Assembly (NCBI GenBank): GCA_021613535.1
Contig: CP075497.1
Coordinates: 1,674,001-1,738,000, forward strand
Source of the DNA: Adineta vaga
Taxonomy: Eukaryota > Animalia > Rotifera
DNA: 64,000 nucleotides
Reading direction: 5' to 3'
Translations under genes and position numbers: made by a program
Notes under the pieces: generated by a model
Databases searched by the model: none
What the model saw: the letters and a program-made list of their open reading frames with translations, nothing else
Told to the model about the DNA's origin: nothing
In this document: piece by piece, positions 49,718 through 62,869 of the stretch
How positions within the stretch are numbered: position 1 is the stretch's first letter
Layout of the letters: the number at the start of each line of letters is the position of its first letter

Positions 49718-50208
49718 TTAAGTTTCAGTGTCATCGAGGCCTTCATGATCTTTAAGACATATTCGAGCAAAGCCTTGAAATATAACATCATCATCATGTC
49801 CATTTCCATCAAAACTAAATAAAAATAACACAAATTAACTGTTTCTCATCTAGATTCTTTCTTCATACTTTGCATCGAAATGAATTAAATTATGATCATT
49901 TTGTATGTTGTTAATGGAATTGTCGAGATGGTGAAGGAGTTGGAGGTGATTTAGGATGTGTTAATGTAAATGGTAATTCAACAGATAAATCTCTATACAT
50001 GAAAGAAAACTTCATAGAATTTCTATTTTTTTTTCAATAAAATAATTTACCCTCCTATTGAAACAACCGTTTTCACTTTCACTTTATATTAAACAACAAT
50101 ACCGAGATTTTCTTTTTGAGTATTAGTTCCCATTCTATATAAAAGAAAACGAAATTTAATATTTTTTTTTAACTTAAAAATCTAACATAGTAGATGAAGC
50201 TAAATTTG
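49718..50208 (-). pseudogene. Beta-arrestin 3' fragment (second copy)
   Basis: [48 protein letters not shown] and DDDVIFQGFARICLKDHEG. Contains a stop and a deletion; the 3' UTR matches 44044-44100. Confidence 0.88.
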
Positions 50209-51583
50209 ATTCTGTCAGATTTTGAAATAGGGGTTTATGTATATATTAAATGAACGAATAGAATAAATCAGTTACTTTTTCCACTGTTTTAAATATCTTT
50301 GTTGAAGAATTCATATTTCATTTTAATCAGCTTTTTTTGTTAATATACATTAAGATAAGGAAAAGTTTCGATTTAGTTCATCAACTCATTAAATGTTAAC
50401 TGAAAAGAAAGTCTCATCATGTCTTATAATCGAGAATATTCTATCGCGTATCATGACGTAAAAATACGAAGATTTTATTTCTAAATGATTTAGTTATTTT
50501 CGAAATTCACTTGATTAATTGAAAAACAGAATCTGAAAAATACATTAGATCAAATAAGAAAAAACTTTCATACTTTTGTTTTTTATTTGTACGAGATAAA
50601 CAGAAATATGTTATTCTTGTTCTTTGAGGAGCAACAGGTAAAGCACGAATAAATACACAAAGTCATAATTCAAATTTCATCTATCAAACATGAATGTGTA
50701 TTGGAAAGAAATTATTGGTTATCATGATGATAACTCTATGAAAAATATTTCATCATTTTTTTGTTTTTAACAATTATTTCATTTTATTTCTATTATTATT
50801 GAATTTGATATGAATTATTTAATGTATCGTTATATTAACAACATATCTAGTTAGTTGTTTCTTTTTAATCTGCCGTACAAGATTAAAAAGTTCTTTTCAA
50901 TATAACTTTACTATTAATGTTAATAGACAAAGTTAATCTTTAACAAATATAAATTTCGACTCGTCGATCATAACTAAGATTCAATATTTAAAATAAATCG
51001 AAATGTCATATTTACAACTAATCCTTGATAAATAATTTCAATAACTAATAAAATATGATAAGATAATATAAATGAAATATAATAAATAATATGTAACAAT
51101 AATAAAAATTAATAAACGTGTACCACCACGTCGAATACGTCGTTTTTCTATGATTACTATCGATTGATTTCTTCCATAATGTAAACAAATATTATAATGG
51201 AAAAAAAGAAATTTTTTATCAAAGAAATGTTGAAATGATCTTTTGATTTTTTTGATTATAAATATCAACAAATAGATGATAAGATATTCTGTTCAAACCT
51301 AATAAAACGAATACAAAATTACAAATTTTGATCGATTAGCCGTGTATATTCAGATAAAAGAAAATACAGATTAGATTTTGTCTCATTTAGCGAGAATCAT
51401 TATGATGATTTACATTTACATAAAAAAGAAATCTTTTAAAATTATTTATTTATCAATAAAACAAATAAAATATTCCTTTGAAAATCTAATGAAGATGTCG
51501 TTAAATTTTTTTATCCATTCTGATCAACTAGGGACTAGTCTATTGTCTTCCTTCTTGAATAATTATCCATCATCGTCGAGAAA

Positions 51584-53155
51584 ATGTTAAGTGATGATCG
51601 TTTGAATTCTACACCTAATTTATTAACAAATTGGTTTAGAAATTTGCAAAGTAAATTCAGTTTTTTCATCAAAATTATTCCTTCATTTATTTTCTTTATT
51701 TAGCAAATATTCAAATCGATGAGGAAAATCTTTATTCTTTAACATCAAATTCAAATTTACAAGATATTTGGCAAACAATTATTCGACATTGTCATCCATT
51801 GATTATGTTAAGTGAGTTTTTCTTTTTATTTAATAAATGATTTATGTCTAATGATGAATAATCTTATTCAACAAAGAATTAATCAATTAAAGTTTGTATA
51901 AGAAATCAAAATAATTTTATGAAAATTTAATTTTATTATTTTTAGTAAAATTGAAAAAGATGAACAAGAAATCAATTCAATAATAATTAATAATTATGAA
52001 GATGCATTAACCAAAACGAATTTAGATTTTACAAAACCGTAAATATTTCCTCTTTAATTTGGTTTTTTTCAATCTTCTTTGAATATATTTGTTCATTTAG
52101 CAAATATTCGTTCTGAATGTGTTAAACTTCGTCATCGTCTTGAAGATAATAAACATGAAGTTTTATCTCGTCGATCATCAAATGAACAAAATCAATTATT
52201 AACAATTCTTGATGCAATGATTGCTGTATGTTTATTGAAATATTTATTTCAGAAAAAAATTAATTCATTTGAATTTTTAGAACAAATCAATGGAAAATCA
52301 TTTAAATTTATTAAAAAAAGAAGCTCAAACAGAATCTGAACAGATAAAAAATCAGAAGAAAAAAATCTTTCAAAAATTCATCAAGAAATAACGGATAAAC
52401 GAAATGAATTAAATCGTATTGATCAACAACTAAATAAAATTATTCAACAAAATCCTTTTGATAAATAAGAAAAACTTGAATTAAAAATTCGTGATTATAA
52501 TTATCTTATTAATAATCTTCCACAACATATTCATTCATTAAATATTCTTCATTTATCATTATCAAATAAACTGCATTCAAATCTTTTAGTTTGGTCAAAT
52601 GATGAATTAAAACAAATTAATTTAACAAATGAAATTATTCAATCATCATCAATATCTTTAACAATTCTTCCATCTCAGACATCATCATCATCAACACCAT
52701 TAACTTCATTAAAACAATTACTTGGAATTCGAACACAAGATACAACAATACTTGGACCACCACCAACATCTTCAACAAATGATTCATCATCATCATCATC
52801 ATCATCGAAAGAAGAAAATCAACAGTAAAATATCGTTTTTTTCTTTTGAACGATTTGAACTCATATTTCTTTTCTAGTTGGGATATTGAAATGAAAGATA
52901 GTGAAGATATATTAACAATAAAATCTTCATCAATTTCATCAATTGATTGGCAAATATTAACACGTGTTGATAAGCAAATGGAAAATTCATTAAAATAATG
53001 TCAACAAGATTTTAATCAATATGATCAACTTTATCAAAATATGATCAAAGAAGTAAATTCTTATATTTTATTTCATTTAAATCTTTTCTTTTCTGTTTAA
53101 TTAGATTCGTGTGTTACAATGTGAATATAAAGAAAAGCCGGCTCTTCGTTCATAA
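51584..53155 (+). pseudogene. Multi-exon coiled-coil protein pseudogene
   Basis: Spliceable exons from MLSDDRLNSTPNLLTNWFRNLQ to EYKEKPALRS*, with a frameshift near 52350 and in-frame TAA near 52466 and 52996. The N-terminus (DIWQTIIRHCH) weakly recalls HAUS5; unconfirmed. Confidence 0.55.
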
Positions 53156-53339
53156 AATAATCTTTTTCATTTTTATGTTATGATTTGATAATAGAATTTT
53201 CTTAATATAGTAGATTAATACTTCTTTATTCCTTACAATTCTTTCTTTTAATTATCTATTGTCTAAAGAATCAGTCAGCTGATTGTCATCGATTATCCTG
53301 ATAAGAAAATATCGCTTTTCAAATAAACGAAAACAATCA

Positions 53340-53750
53340 GTTAATCGTTGGAAAAAACATCGAAGTTCAAATGGACGAATTTATTATTATAATCGAATAA
53401 TTGATCATTCTCAATGAGAAATTGCATCGAAAAAATATCGACAAATTAAATCTATTCAATTAATACCAACTTCACCATCAGCAAATGAAAAAATTTCAAT
53501 TGAAGATGTTGATTCATTTCCAATGATTGAAACTGAATCAAATATTGATGATATAACACGTTATTATCGAAGTGATTTAATTAAACATTTATTAAATTGT
53601 CCTTTAACACAAATTGAATGTGAATTCAATCATTTATTAAATGAACAAAATCGTGTTCGAACATACCAATCAATTTCATTACGAACACAAATCTATTGTC
53701 TTCGTCTTCGTCTTCGATTAGAATCAATTCGTTTTTGTTATTCGTTGGAG
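53340..53750 (+). pseudogene. WAC-like (WW domain plus C-terminal coiled coil) pseudogene
   Basis: RWKKHRSSNGRIYYYNRIIDHSQ*E is a WW domain whose second Trp is TGA (53415-53417). In frame downstream, YYRSDLIKHLLNCPLTQIE...LRTQIYCLR resembles the WAC C-terminus. Confidence 0.65.
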
Positions 53751-55537
53751 AAAAAAAGAAGTATTTTCTGCTTTTATCGGCATTTATTGCTTGTCAAAAA
53801 CAAATAAAATGAAATCTTTCAGAAAAAAAAACAATTTCATAAAAATGAAAATAGAAAAAAATGAAGAAAACGTAAAAGTATTCCTAGACATTGAAAACTA
53901 ACAAAAGAATCAGGAATGGCCCATGAGAAGAAGTACCATGTCAGTGGCCACGCACTCGACCAGTCCAGGCTTGCCAAGTGAAGATCTCAGAAATCACGTA
54001 TTTTTGAAAAAAAATCAGGAGATTTTCTTTAGATATTCAAGGCAGTTTATATATTTTTACTAGACAAGTAACGCTGATCTAAGGATTCGCTCAAGTTTTC
54101 CTGATGGCAATCATGTTCTACACAATTACTCAGCTTTAGTTTTTCATTAATAGAGTTTCTAAAAAAAGTCATCATAGTCAAGTTCCATAAGTCCCACTAT
54201 CTGTCGACCAACTCTGATCAAAAGACTCTTTTTTGTACAAAAAGAGAGCGCTTTGTCCCAAAAAAATTGGACAGAAATTTTATTAAACTTATGTCAGATT
54301 CAGATTTTCTATCCTTGGTTGCCCTTTGATCAAGTATTATCTCAAACGGTCTCGTTTGTTTTTACTTATTTCCGGTCAATCAGTAAAGTGCGGACAAGCA
54401 AACAAGTAAACAAGTTATTCTTGCAAAACTCTTTTCAATGAGGGACAGAATAGGACTTCAGTTTAGGCTCAGTATATATTTACAAGCATGAAGAGGTGTC
54501 CATCTTTCATTATAAATTAATCATAAAAGAATCCCATATAACTAAAGAAAATCTAAAACAAATGATAATTTCACAAAACTCATTGTTACATTTATTTTAT
54601 GAAGAATTATTATCATTAGAAAGCCAAGATTAACTTTTCGGTTAATATAAATTAATACAGAAAGCAAAATGTAATTAAGTATTTACTACTGAATTCGTGG
54701 CTTTTTTTGAAATGAGAGTATTTTTGTCTTATTATCGCATTTTCTGAGTATATACTCGATCTAGTAAAAAGATAATCATAAAACTCTGTAGATGTCAAAT
54801 GAGTGTTTATTTAATTTGTACTTCTACTTCAGCTGAATCGTATTTCGTCTTGTTTATTCTATTGTTTTTAAAAAACATCATGTAGCAAAAAACTGATTCA
54901 CAAAAGGCATTTGACAAAGAAATAGTTAATGGAAATCTGTTCTTGAATTCAGGAGAATTTTGAATCAGGAGATCCCTGATCAAATCAGGAGGTTTGGCAG
55001 TCGTTGACCAATTCAGGACAGGTGAGAAGTGCCAAGAAAAATGTGCATGACCAGCATGCAAATTAGCATGCGCGCGCAATCCTTAATTCTCCAACGGTAC
55101 AATCGTCTTTGGAGGTCCAACCGGAATGGTACAATTATAAAGAAGAAAAACTATTGAATATTTATACTTATAAAGAAACATAACAATACTTACATTGAAT
55201 CTCCGTTCATGAACATCTGAGTGGTTTTCTCACCCCTTTCCAGTAGGTATGTACAGTACAGCCATTACAAATCGTGTTGTTGTACGAAGCGCGGACTGTT
55301 GTGATCATCTGAATATGAAGAAGAATTTAAACAAATGCATATATATATATACACGTATATATACGTGTAGGGAGAGATAGGAAGAAAGTATGAAAGAGAT
55401 TACTCAATAAAAGAAAAGGATCGGGGTGCGGATCGATAACTTTCACGATTGTTACGTATGTGAGATTCGGCAAAGCAATTTCGTAAAATAAAGCTAAAAT
55501 AAAAAGAAATAAAAGATGAAATGACTTTTTTGTTACA

Positions 55538-56445
55538 TACCAAGAGCTAATGCGGCAGCTTTGCGAAATTTTGACTGGTTAATGTCGGGAAGTGGCAAAA
55601 CGTCGTCGTGATAATGGAGCCCATTACTGTGAGCCATATCAGACATTGTCTGATATAGGTTTACAAACGATTTATAGAACGAAAGATACAAAACAAAGTA
55701 AGATAACACACAGATGTTTGAAAAAAACCTTTTTCTGCAAAAATACGTATATCTAATGTGAAAAATCTTTCGAATCCGTGTCGTACTTTTATCGCTCAAG
55801 TGTTAGCTTACAAAACGTCTTTCTCCCTCCCACTCACTTCTATGTATTTTTGATCTTCCATTATTATACCATATTTTGGATGATGGAGAATTATAACAAT
55901 GTCATATTTGCTTCTGATCGTTTAAGCATGTGTTTCAAAACATCTTTCACCCGTATAAAGTTTTTTTGACTGACATAGTGATTTCCATTTGTATAGAAAA
56001 TCAATATCTTCTTTTTCTTGTTGATTCAATCCATTCCAGAACGTCCTTCGTTTCATGTCGCTGATAAGTTCTGGCATCGTCCATTTTTGACACTTCAACA
56101 AGAAAATAAATCTTCAGAAAAAAGGTTTTTGATGTGTATTCTTACTAAATAATTTCTTTTGATACAAAACTTTTCTGATAACAAATCTATAAATGAATCC
56201 ATAACACATACTCGTTGATGAATAATCATTTCGATAATTGTGCGAGCAACGATAGTGCTTGATGCCTTCAGTGATAAGTTGAGACATTTGAAAACCTTAC
56301 GGGCTGATTCTTTTGCGATGACAAATTCTCTCTTCAGATGGTGATGCTGGTTTAAGCTTTTACTTAATTGCTTATTTTTATCATTTAGTTCTTCGTATAC
56401 ATCAATTCATTTTTCATTAAGACCGTTTAATTTTACGTCCGTTAA
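55538..56445 (-). pseudogene. Frameshifted copy of the unassigned family typified by 46576-47743
   Basis: KESARKVFKCLNLSLKASSTIVARTIIEMIIHQRV, HHPKYG and NLYQTMSDMAHSNGLHYHDDVLPLPDINQSKFRKAAALAL. Frameshifts present. Confidence 0.8.
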
Positions 56446-56459
56446 CAGAAATAAAACAA

Positions 56460-56608
56460 ATCCGAGTCGAGGAACCGACTGGTTCCGTAGTGTTTCGAAA
56501 ATTTCATGGAAGTGGTATTCCCGTTGAACGGATTCGTTTGATTCCGACCGAAACTGATTCCAGGGTCGAATTCATGGAATACACTGCTTTAGGAATCATC
56601 GATCTGGG
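56460..56608. mobile_element. MITE remnant ending GATCTGGG
   Basis: GC-richer patch with TTCC/GGAA motifs that interrupts the 5' part of the neighbouring pseudogene. A similar end (CCAGGACGA...CCGACGGAATCC) occurs near 58233. Confidence 0.4.
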
Positions 56609-56771
56609 AATACATTGTGTTCTATTTAATTGATAAAATCATTTTTATCGATACATTGTAAATATTTATTCGCAAGTTCAACTAATCGTTCATTGAATTC
56701 AGCACACGCTTACATTTTTTTGTTTTAGATCTGGAAGCTGCAATCAATAACAACGAAACTTCTTTTACTAT

Positions 56772-57530
56772 CCCACGAAAAAAAAATTTAGTAAAACCGC
56801 TAGTATCAGCGGTTTTTTTCAGAACACCGCGGTATGATTTTGTTAACCGCCATTTCTATCGGTTTTTATGGAACGAGGTAATACCAAATCGCGGTTAATG
56901 ACGTCCATACCGCGGTTTCATATAGACTGGTAATCAGTGGCGTTGGATATCGCGGTATGAATGCTAATAACCGCGGTTTTCTGAGACTGCAGTTAGTGGT
57001 GGTTTTTCTTAAACCGCGGTATGGATTTCAACAACTGCGGTTTAATGAACCGCGGTGTGCTGGCTGAAGAACACGGTATCTCAATCCAAAAATGAATGTG
57101 CAAGGACTTAGAAGATGTCGTGCCCCGCTTTTTCGTAACTTTTCACACAATTTTTCTTGTGTGGGCTCTGTCATCAACAAATGACTTAGGAGTTCAATGA
57201 GACTTGGAAAAGTTCCTATAAAGTCCCTCGAAGGGCAACCTCTCTTAAAGTGTAGAGGGGAGAGGCTGACTAGGTGGCCTTGGGTGAATTCAGGTGGATG
57301 AGGCTTTTGACACCGCGGTTTTCAACGGTTTATATGGACCGCAATTCTCAACGGTTTCTTCATAAAGCGGGAGTCAGACCATTAATGAAGTTATCAGAAA
57401 CCGCGATTTCTGGCGGTATTTGGCACCTTCATTAATGGTCTGACTTCCGCTTTATGAAAAAACCGTTGAAAATCGTGGTTTCAAAAACCGCTGAATGGCA
57501 GCGGTTTTTTGTCTTATTTTTTTCCGTGGG
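56772..57530. mobile_element. MITE with CCCACG(A/G)AAAAAAA termini and internal ACCGCGGT arrays
   Basis: CCCACGAAAAAAAA at 56772 and TTTTTTTCCGTGGG ending at 57530, many ACCGCGGT-like palindromes, and an internal hairpin at ~57345-57470. Confidence 0.8.
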
Positions 57531-57611
57531 TAGAAGAGAAAAGAAACGAAACAAGAAAGAAAAACAGACAATAGATCAATACATCAATGTGAAGCGTACG
57601 ACGAGGAGCTA

Positions 57612-57776
57612 GCACCACGGACTTAAATATGTTCCAACTCCTGAACGACGCATTACTGGAGATCGGACACTGCGTGAGCGTGTAGGTATTAGATGTGTGA
57701 CAACTATAATGCAGTCTCCAACCTTCGGCAATGCGTCATCCAGGAGTTTGAACACACTCAAGTCCGTCCGTGGTGC
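57612..57776. mobile_element. Short TA-flanked MITE
   Basis: TA-GCACCACGGAC...GTCCGTGGTGC-TA with extended imperfect arms (AACTCCTGAACGACGCATT / AATGCGTCATCCAGGAGTT). Confidence 0.7.
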
Positions 57777-57824
57777 TAGCTTCACATGGATGGCAATACT
57801 AATTAGATTAGAATTCGAAAGAGC

Positions 57825-58110
57825 CCCAGGTGAATGAAAACGGCCACGTTTACGGTATGTAAACGTTCCGTAAACGTTTTAAAAACGGCATCTTTACGGT
57901 ATGATACGGTATCAATTCGGACCGTTTTTGGTCCGTATCGAACCGTATTTTCAGGCACAGAATTACGTATCGTAATGTGTCCGTTCAGTAAACGTTCCGT
58001 ATTTGGTGGTTTTCTAGTAATTATCGGATAGCAGACGGTAGTATGTTTTACACCATATTGAGGCCGTTTTTGACCGAAAATGGGCCGATTTATATCCGTT
58101 TACACGAATC
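57825..58110. mobile_element. Left arm of a CCCAGGT-ended, ACGG/CCGT-rich element
   Basis: CCCAGGTGAATGAAAACGG followed by dense TACGG/CCGT motifs. A complementary arm lies at 62870-63072. Confidence 0.55.
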
Positions 58111-58360
58111 AGTATCTGTCATCTCCACAATAACTTAATTTTAAATCATCCACCTCATTTATCAATAGCTCTTTGAGTTTCCTTCGAACTATAGTTAGAC
58201 TTTATTATCATGTTCAATATAAAAAAACAATATCCAGGACGAGTAATCTGGTTTTCAGATCCGACGGAATCCTGTTAGATTCTCATAACTAAGCTAAATA
58301 TCGTCTGCAACATGAACACTTCACTCGTCATTTTATTATATCTAATATATCAATCGCCCA

Positions 58361-58553
58361 TAGTCTGATTGTATGATTGAGTTTTATTCTCATGGTGTTC
58401 TTGTAATGTATCAGAAAACGATGATTTTTTTACCAACTATGGTACTCATACACGAGCTCGTATACGAGTACTGTAGCTGGTGAAAAAACCATATTTATCT
58501 GACACATTACAAAAACACCATCGAAACAGAAATCAGTCAGCTATAACTAGACT
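58361..58553. repeat. ~190-bp imperfect palindrome (foldback)
   Basis: Centred on ACGAGCTCGT (58452-58461), with arms ATGGTGTTCTTGTAATGTATCAGA / TCTGACACATTACAAAAACACCAT. Confidence 0.75.
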
Positions 58554-59101
58554 AATCAGCACCACTTACTTGATTCATACTTATCGATAATCTAAGTTTT
58601 TAAAAAATTTATTTTAAAAAATCTTACTTATTTTTCAACTAATGATTATACTCTAAAAGTAAACAATAGAATTCATTCGAAAAATTCTTACTGTTCAGTT
58701 GATTATTATAAATAATCTAAAAAAGAAAAGAAAATTTATCTAAATAAAATTCTTACTTACTGTTCAATCTGATTTATTCCATCTAAAATTGCAAAACCAA
58801 AATAAATTTTGTCAGTAAGGTGACCCACCAATATACTCACTCGTCAGTCACAAATTAGACTAGAGAATAGATCTTTCGAAATTATATGTGAACGAGAAAA
58901 ACGAACTGACATAATAAAGATGCTTCCAAAAAACATCGAAAGCTGATTACATTGAATGTCTATAGCATCTTTTATTTCGTTAGGTATATCTGCCTAGACG
59001 GTTGTGAATGTACAAAAATATAAAAATATAAATATAAAAAACCTTTTGATTTACTAATATGTATTGAAATTTCTATTAATTATTTATTATTTATATATGT
59101 A

Positions 59102-62100
59102 AGGTGCGCGTAATGCAAAGTTTCCACAAATTTTATTTTTTGTTTTTTCACACATGTTCTGAATCGCCTTGAGCTGCTGATCACGAATATCACCTTCGTT
59201 TTCAGTTTAAGTGAAATATTCACGGAGAAAAACGCAAAATACTGAGTAGTAGTGAAAAACACGAAAAATCCTTGTTTTCAGAAATTATGCAATAATTTTT
59301 TTTCCTTTCAATGTTTTTACGTTTTAAAGGTGATATTCGGATTCCCCATGAGAAACTGAGTCTAGAAATGTCGACTAAAACTCGATCAAATCTAACATGT
59401 TCAATACAGAATTTCGGTCGGTATTACTGTTTCTCACCGTGGTGCGTGATCTTGTAGACGTATCTAGTTTTTTTTGCGACGAGATAGAAATTTTATTCAA
59501 ACGCCATTAGAACCGCCGTTCGACGCGCTACAAAGTTATAGCCTTCTTTTTTTCTTAAAACGTTTTATGAGGAAATACAATGTAGCTTCTTCAAAAAACA
59601 CCTGAAAATCTTCCAACCAGTTTTCTAACAAAAACTCGTTTTTTTAGAACGCATTCAAATTAGTAAAAAAATTGTTGTGGATCTAATGGAAATAGTTTGG
59701 GAGTCTCCTGAGAATGTTTGAAAATATTAACAATGTCGAAAACGAGCATATATTCGGATATTATAGTTTGATATACAACGAACTGGAACACAGCGCCACC
59801 TTTCGGAGATATACGACTGGACAGATTCGTGTGAGTCAGAATACGATATTTGAACTATATAAAAAGGTCAAGAAGCAGTTGTGCAGTATTTCGAATAAAT
59901 AAAGATTACTGATATTGTTTAAATTTTGTCATATAATTAAAATGCCACCTCCCAATAAACGTAAAAAACATACATTTAATATGAACATGAGAAGGTCGAT
60001 AGATAGTCTTGCTTCGGAAAGTTCGGAAGATTATTATTCTGAGAAAGAAGAAGAAGAGATGGTTCGATCTGAACATGATGATTCAACTGATCGTATTAAT
60101 TTTAAGAATGATTCAATAATTCATGATATTTCTGATCTCTTTTCTTTTTGTCAAACCAAAATTAATACACGTTTCCTCAGTACTCTTGTTTATATGTCAC
60201 TGCGTCGGTTTGGTCATACTCATCGAGATGTCGATTTATTTTTAACAACAATTGGAGGAATGACAGCTAAAACATGTCAAAAATGGACAAATACATTAGT
60301 AAACGATGACTTTGATAGTTTTATAGCAGATGGACGAGGTCAGCAGAACTTTTTTTTTTCACAAGCAGATTGAATTTCCATCTGATTTTTAGGAGGAAAA
60401 CATGTTGATAGTTTCTGGGATCTACATTCAGATTTAGAGATGGAAGCTAGAGATTTTGTTTTCCAGGAATGTTCCAGAAAAGAAGCTGCATTTACAGCTG
60501 GTGAGAATTTGTTTTTATGAAACTTGTGAGAGAAAATATTTCATTCGGAATAAGTTCTACTGTTTTCAGAAACACTTGCAAGATTTATCGATGATCGCTT
60601 CTATGAACTAAACAAACTGAAAAAAGTTGAAGATAAACTGATTAGATCAATTGAAAGTTGCAGATTAGATCTGAGACGTTTTGGTTGCAAGTACACAGGA
60701 AATAAAGGAAGACCATATTTCCTAGGCCATGAGAGAGAAGATGTTGTTCAACACAGAGAACAATTTGTCAAATATTTCATGCAACATAAAGATCACTTTT
60801 ATACAGTTACGGACGTAGGAGAAGCAAAGTGGGTTAAACCTAGTACGTCTCCAACTGTTCTACTATGTAAGAAGCTTGTTTACAATTCCCATCAGAATCA
60901 TCTGTACCTCGTTTTCTCTTTAAAGGTCATGACGAAAGTACCTATAAATCAGGAGAAATATCTGCCAAACGTTGGATTGTTGAAGATAATGCGCCGTTCT
61001 ACAATAAAGGACGTGGAAGAAGTATTATGGCATCCGATTTTTTAGTAATGCATAGTAGTGGACCATTTTTTTCATTGAATTCCGAAGAATTCAAAGAAGC
61101 ATTAGATAAATATCCTGATTTAAATGATAATTCAGATATTATATATGAAAAGCGAACTGCATCAGCAACAATGAACATTGGCGGAAACAGTTATTTTGAT
61201 AATGAGACAATCTTAAAGCAGTTCGAACGGCTATTTCAATTGTTATATTTTAAAGTGGATTACAAAGATCATGATTTTATTTGTCTTGTTGACAACGCCC
61301 GAACGCATACAGTAGCTGAATATACAGTTGATCATTTTGCTATGAAGCCTGGAGGACGGTGTCCAGTTGATACTATTGAATATGTTGATGATCAAAATGT
61401 CAGAAAAATCATTAACTGTTATGGTGACGATGGCAAGAGCAAAGGTCTATTGAAATTAGCACATGAATTGAATCTGCAAATACCATACAGATGCAAACTA
61501 CCAGAGTTAAAGATGATCATGTCTGAACATGCAGCTTTCAAAAATGTGGGTAGACCTCTATTAACCTAATAATAAATCATAACATCTATGATTTTTCTAC
61601 TTAATTTTCTATCACAGGTTAGCAAACTTGAGAAGCTGGGAGCCAAGTATGCAGTCAGAATAATTTTTGCACCAAAATTTCACTGTGAAACTAATCCGAT
61701 CGAGGGTTACTGGTGTCACTCGAAACAGTTTATCCGAAAAAACACTGATGAGACATTCATTTGAAACTATTCAGACGCTTTTGGAGGACTATAAAAGCTT
61801 ATAGTGAAGGAATAGATTACTTGGAGGTACTAACAATGTTTTTCAGCGGTTTATGTAAAGATCAAATTCTAAGTCATCGTAAAATTACCAATGCTAATAT
61901 CGATAATTAAAAACAGCATTGTTCGACTATGTTTTTCGTTTTTTTCTTTTTGATTTATAACTCACACTGAAAACTAATAAAAGAAATTCACCTATATAAC
62001 TAATTCGAATCGATTTCTATCTCACAGTAGTTTCTATGTAGTAACTATTGCTAGAGGTATCACACCACTCTTATTAGATCCACAACAATTTTTTTACTAA

Positions 62101-62659
62101 TTTGAATGCGTTCTAAAAAAAACGAGTTTTTGTTAGAAAACTGGTTGGAAGATTTTCAGGTGTTTTTTGAAGAAGCTACATTGTATTTCCTCATAAAACG
62201 TTTTAAGAAAAAAAGAAGGCTATAACTTTGTAGCGCGTCGAACGGCGGTTCTAATGGCGTTTGAATAAAATTTCTATCTCGTCGCAAAAAAAACTAGATA
62301 CGTCTACAAGATCACGCACCACGGTGAGAAACAGTAATACCGACCGAAATTCTGTATTGAACATGTTAGATTTGATCGAGTTTTAGTCGACATTTCTAGA
62401 CTCAGTTTCTCATGGGGAATCCGAATATCACCTTTAAAACGTAAAAACATTGAAAGGAAAAAAAATTATTGCATAATTTCTGAAAACAAGGATTTTTCGT
62501 GTTTTTCACTACTACTCAGTATTTTGCGTTTTTCTCCGTGAATATTTCACTTAAACTGAAAACGAAGGTGATATTCGTGATCAGCAGCTCAAGGCGATTC
62601 AGAACATGTGTGAAAAAACAAAAAATAAAATTTGTGGAAACTTTGCATTACGCGCACCT
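59102..62659 (+). mobile_element. IS630-Tc1-mariner DNA transposon, 3.56 kb, ~586-bp TIRs, TA target duplication
   Basis: TA|AGGTGCGCG at 59100 and CGCGCACCT|TA ending at 62661. TIRs 59102-59687 and 62073-62659 are essentially perfect reverse complements. Confidence 0.95.
59942..61910 (+). CDS. Five-exon DDE transposase with a frameshift in the last exon
   Basis: Exons 59942-60338, 60393-60500, 60570-60866, 60926-61545 and 61618-61910. Motifs YFLGHEREDVV, CHDEST, LVDNARTH and PKFHCETNPIEGYW. TGA at 61762-61764, with the rest of the C-terminus in another frame. Confidence 0.88.
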
Positions 62660-62869
62660 TATATTCGATTGTTAAGTCGTGTGTTTAACTATTTATATTT
62701 GAAGTTTTGTATAGATGGCGCCATAATTTCCACAATATATTAATTATATTTTTGTTTTACTTCTCACTCTCCATCTATCTAGAAAATTACTTTTCATTTT
62801 ATAAAAAATAATAATATAGTACAGAATGTCATATACCGGGATCTGTGGCCTTATTAAGTAGGTTTTCAG

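Noticed and set aside
50600-51271. Minus-strand basic plus hydrophobic ORF resembling a signal anchor
   Set aside because: No ATG start and the downstream frames are full of stops; at most an unidentifiable remnant.
53415-53417. TGA at a conserved Trp suggesting a variant genetic code or readthrough
   Set aside because: Intact genes here use TGG for Trp and TGA as stop (NFU1, DNAJB6, GPCR); a nonsense mutation in a decayed region is simpler.
53912-55062. Possible transposon remnant with GC-rich ends
   Set aside because: The ends are not convincingly inverted and there is no TSD or transposase motif.
56790-57500. Regularly recurring ACCGCGGT motifs resembling a CRISPR array
   Set aside because: Short degenerate motifs with irregular spacing inside a TIR-bounded element; eukaryotic context with no cas genes.
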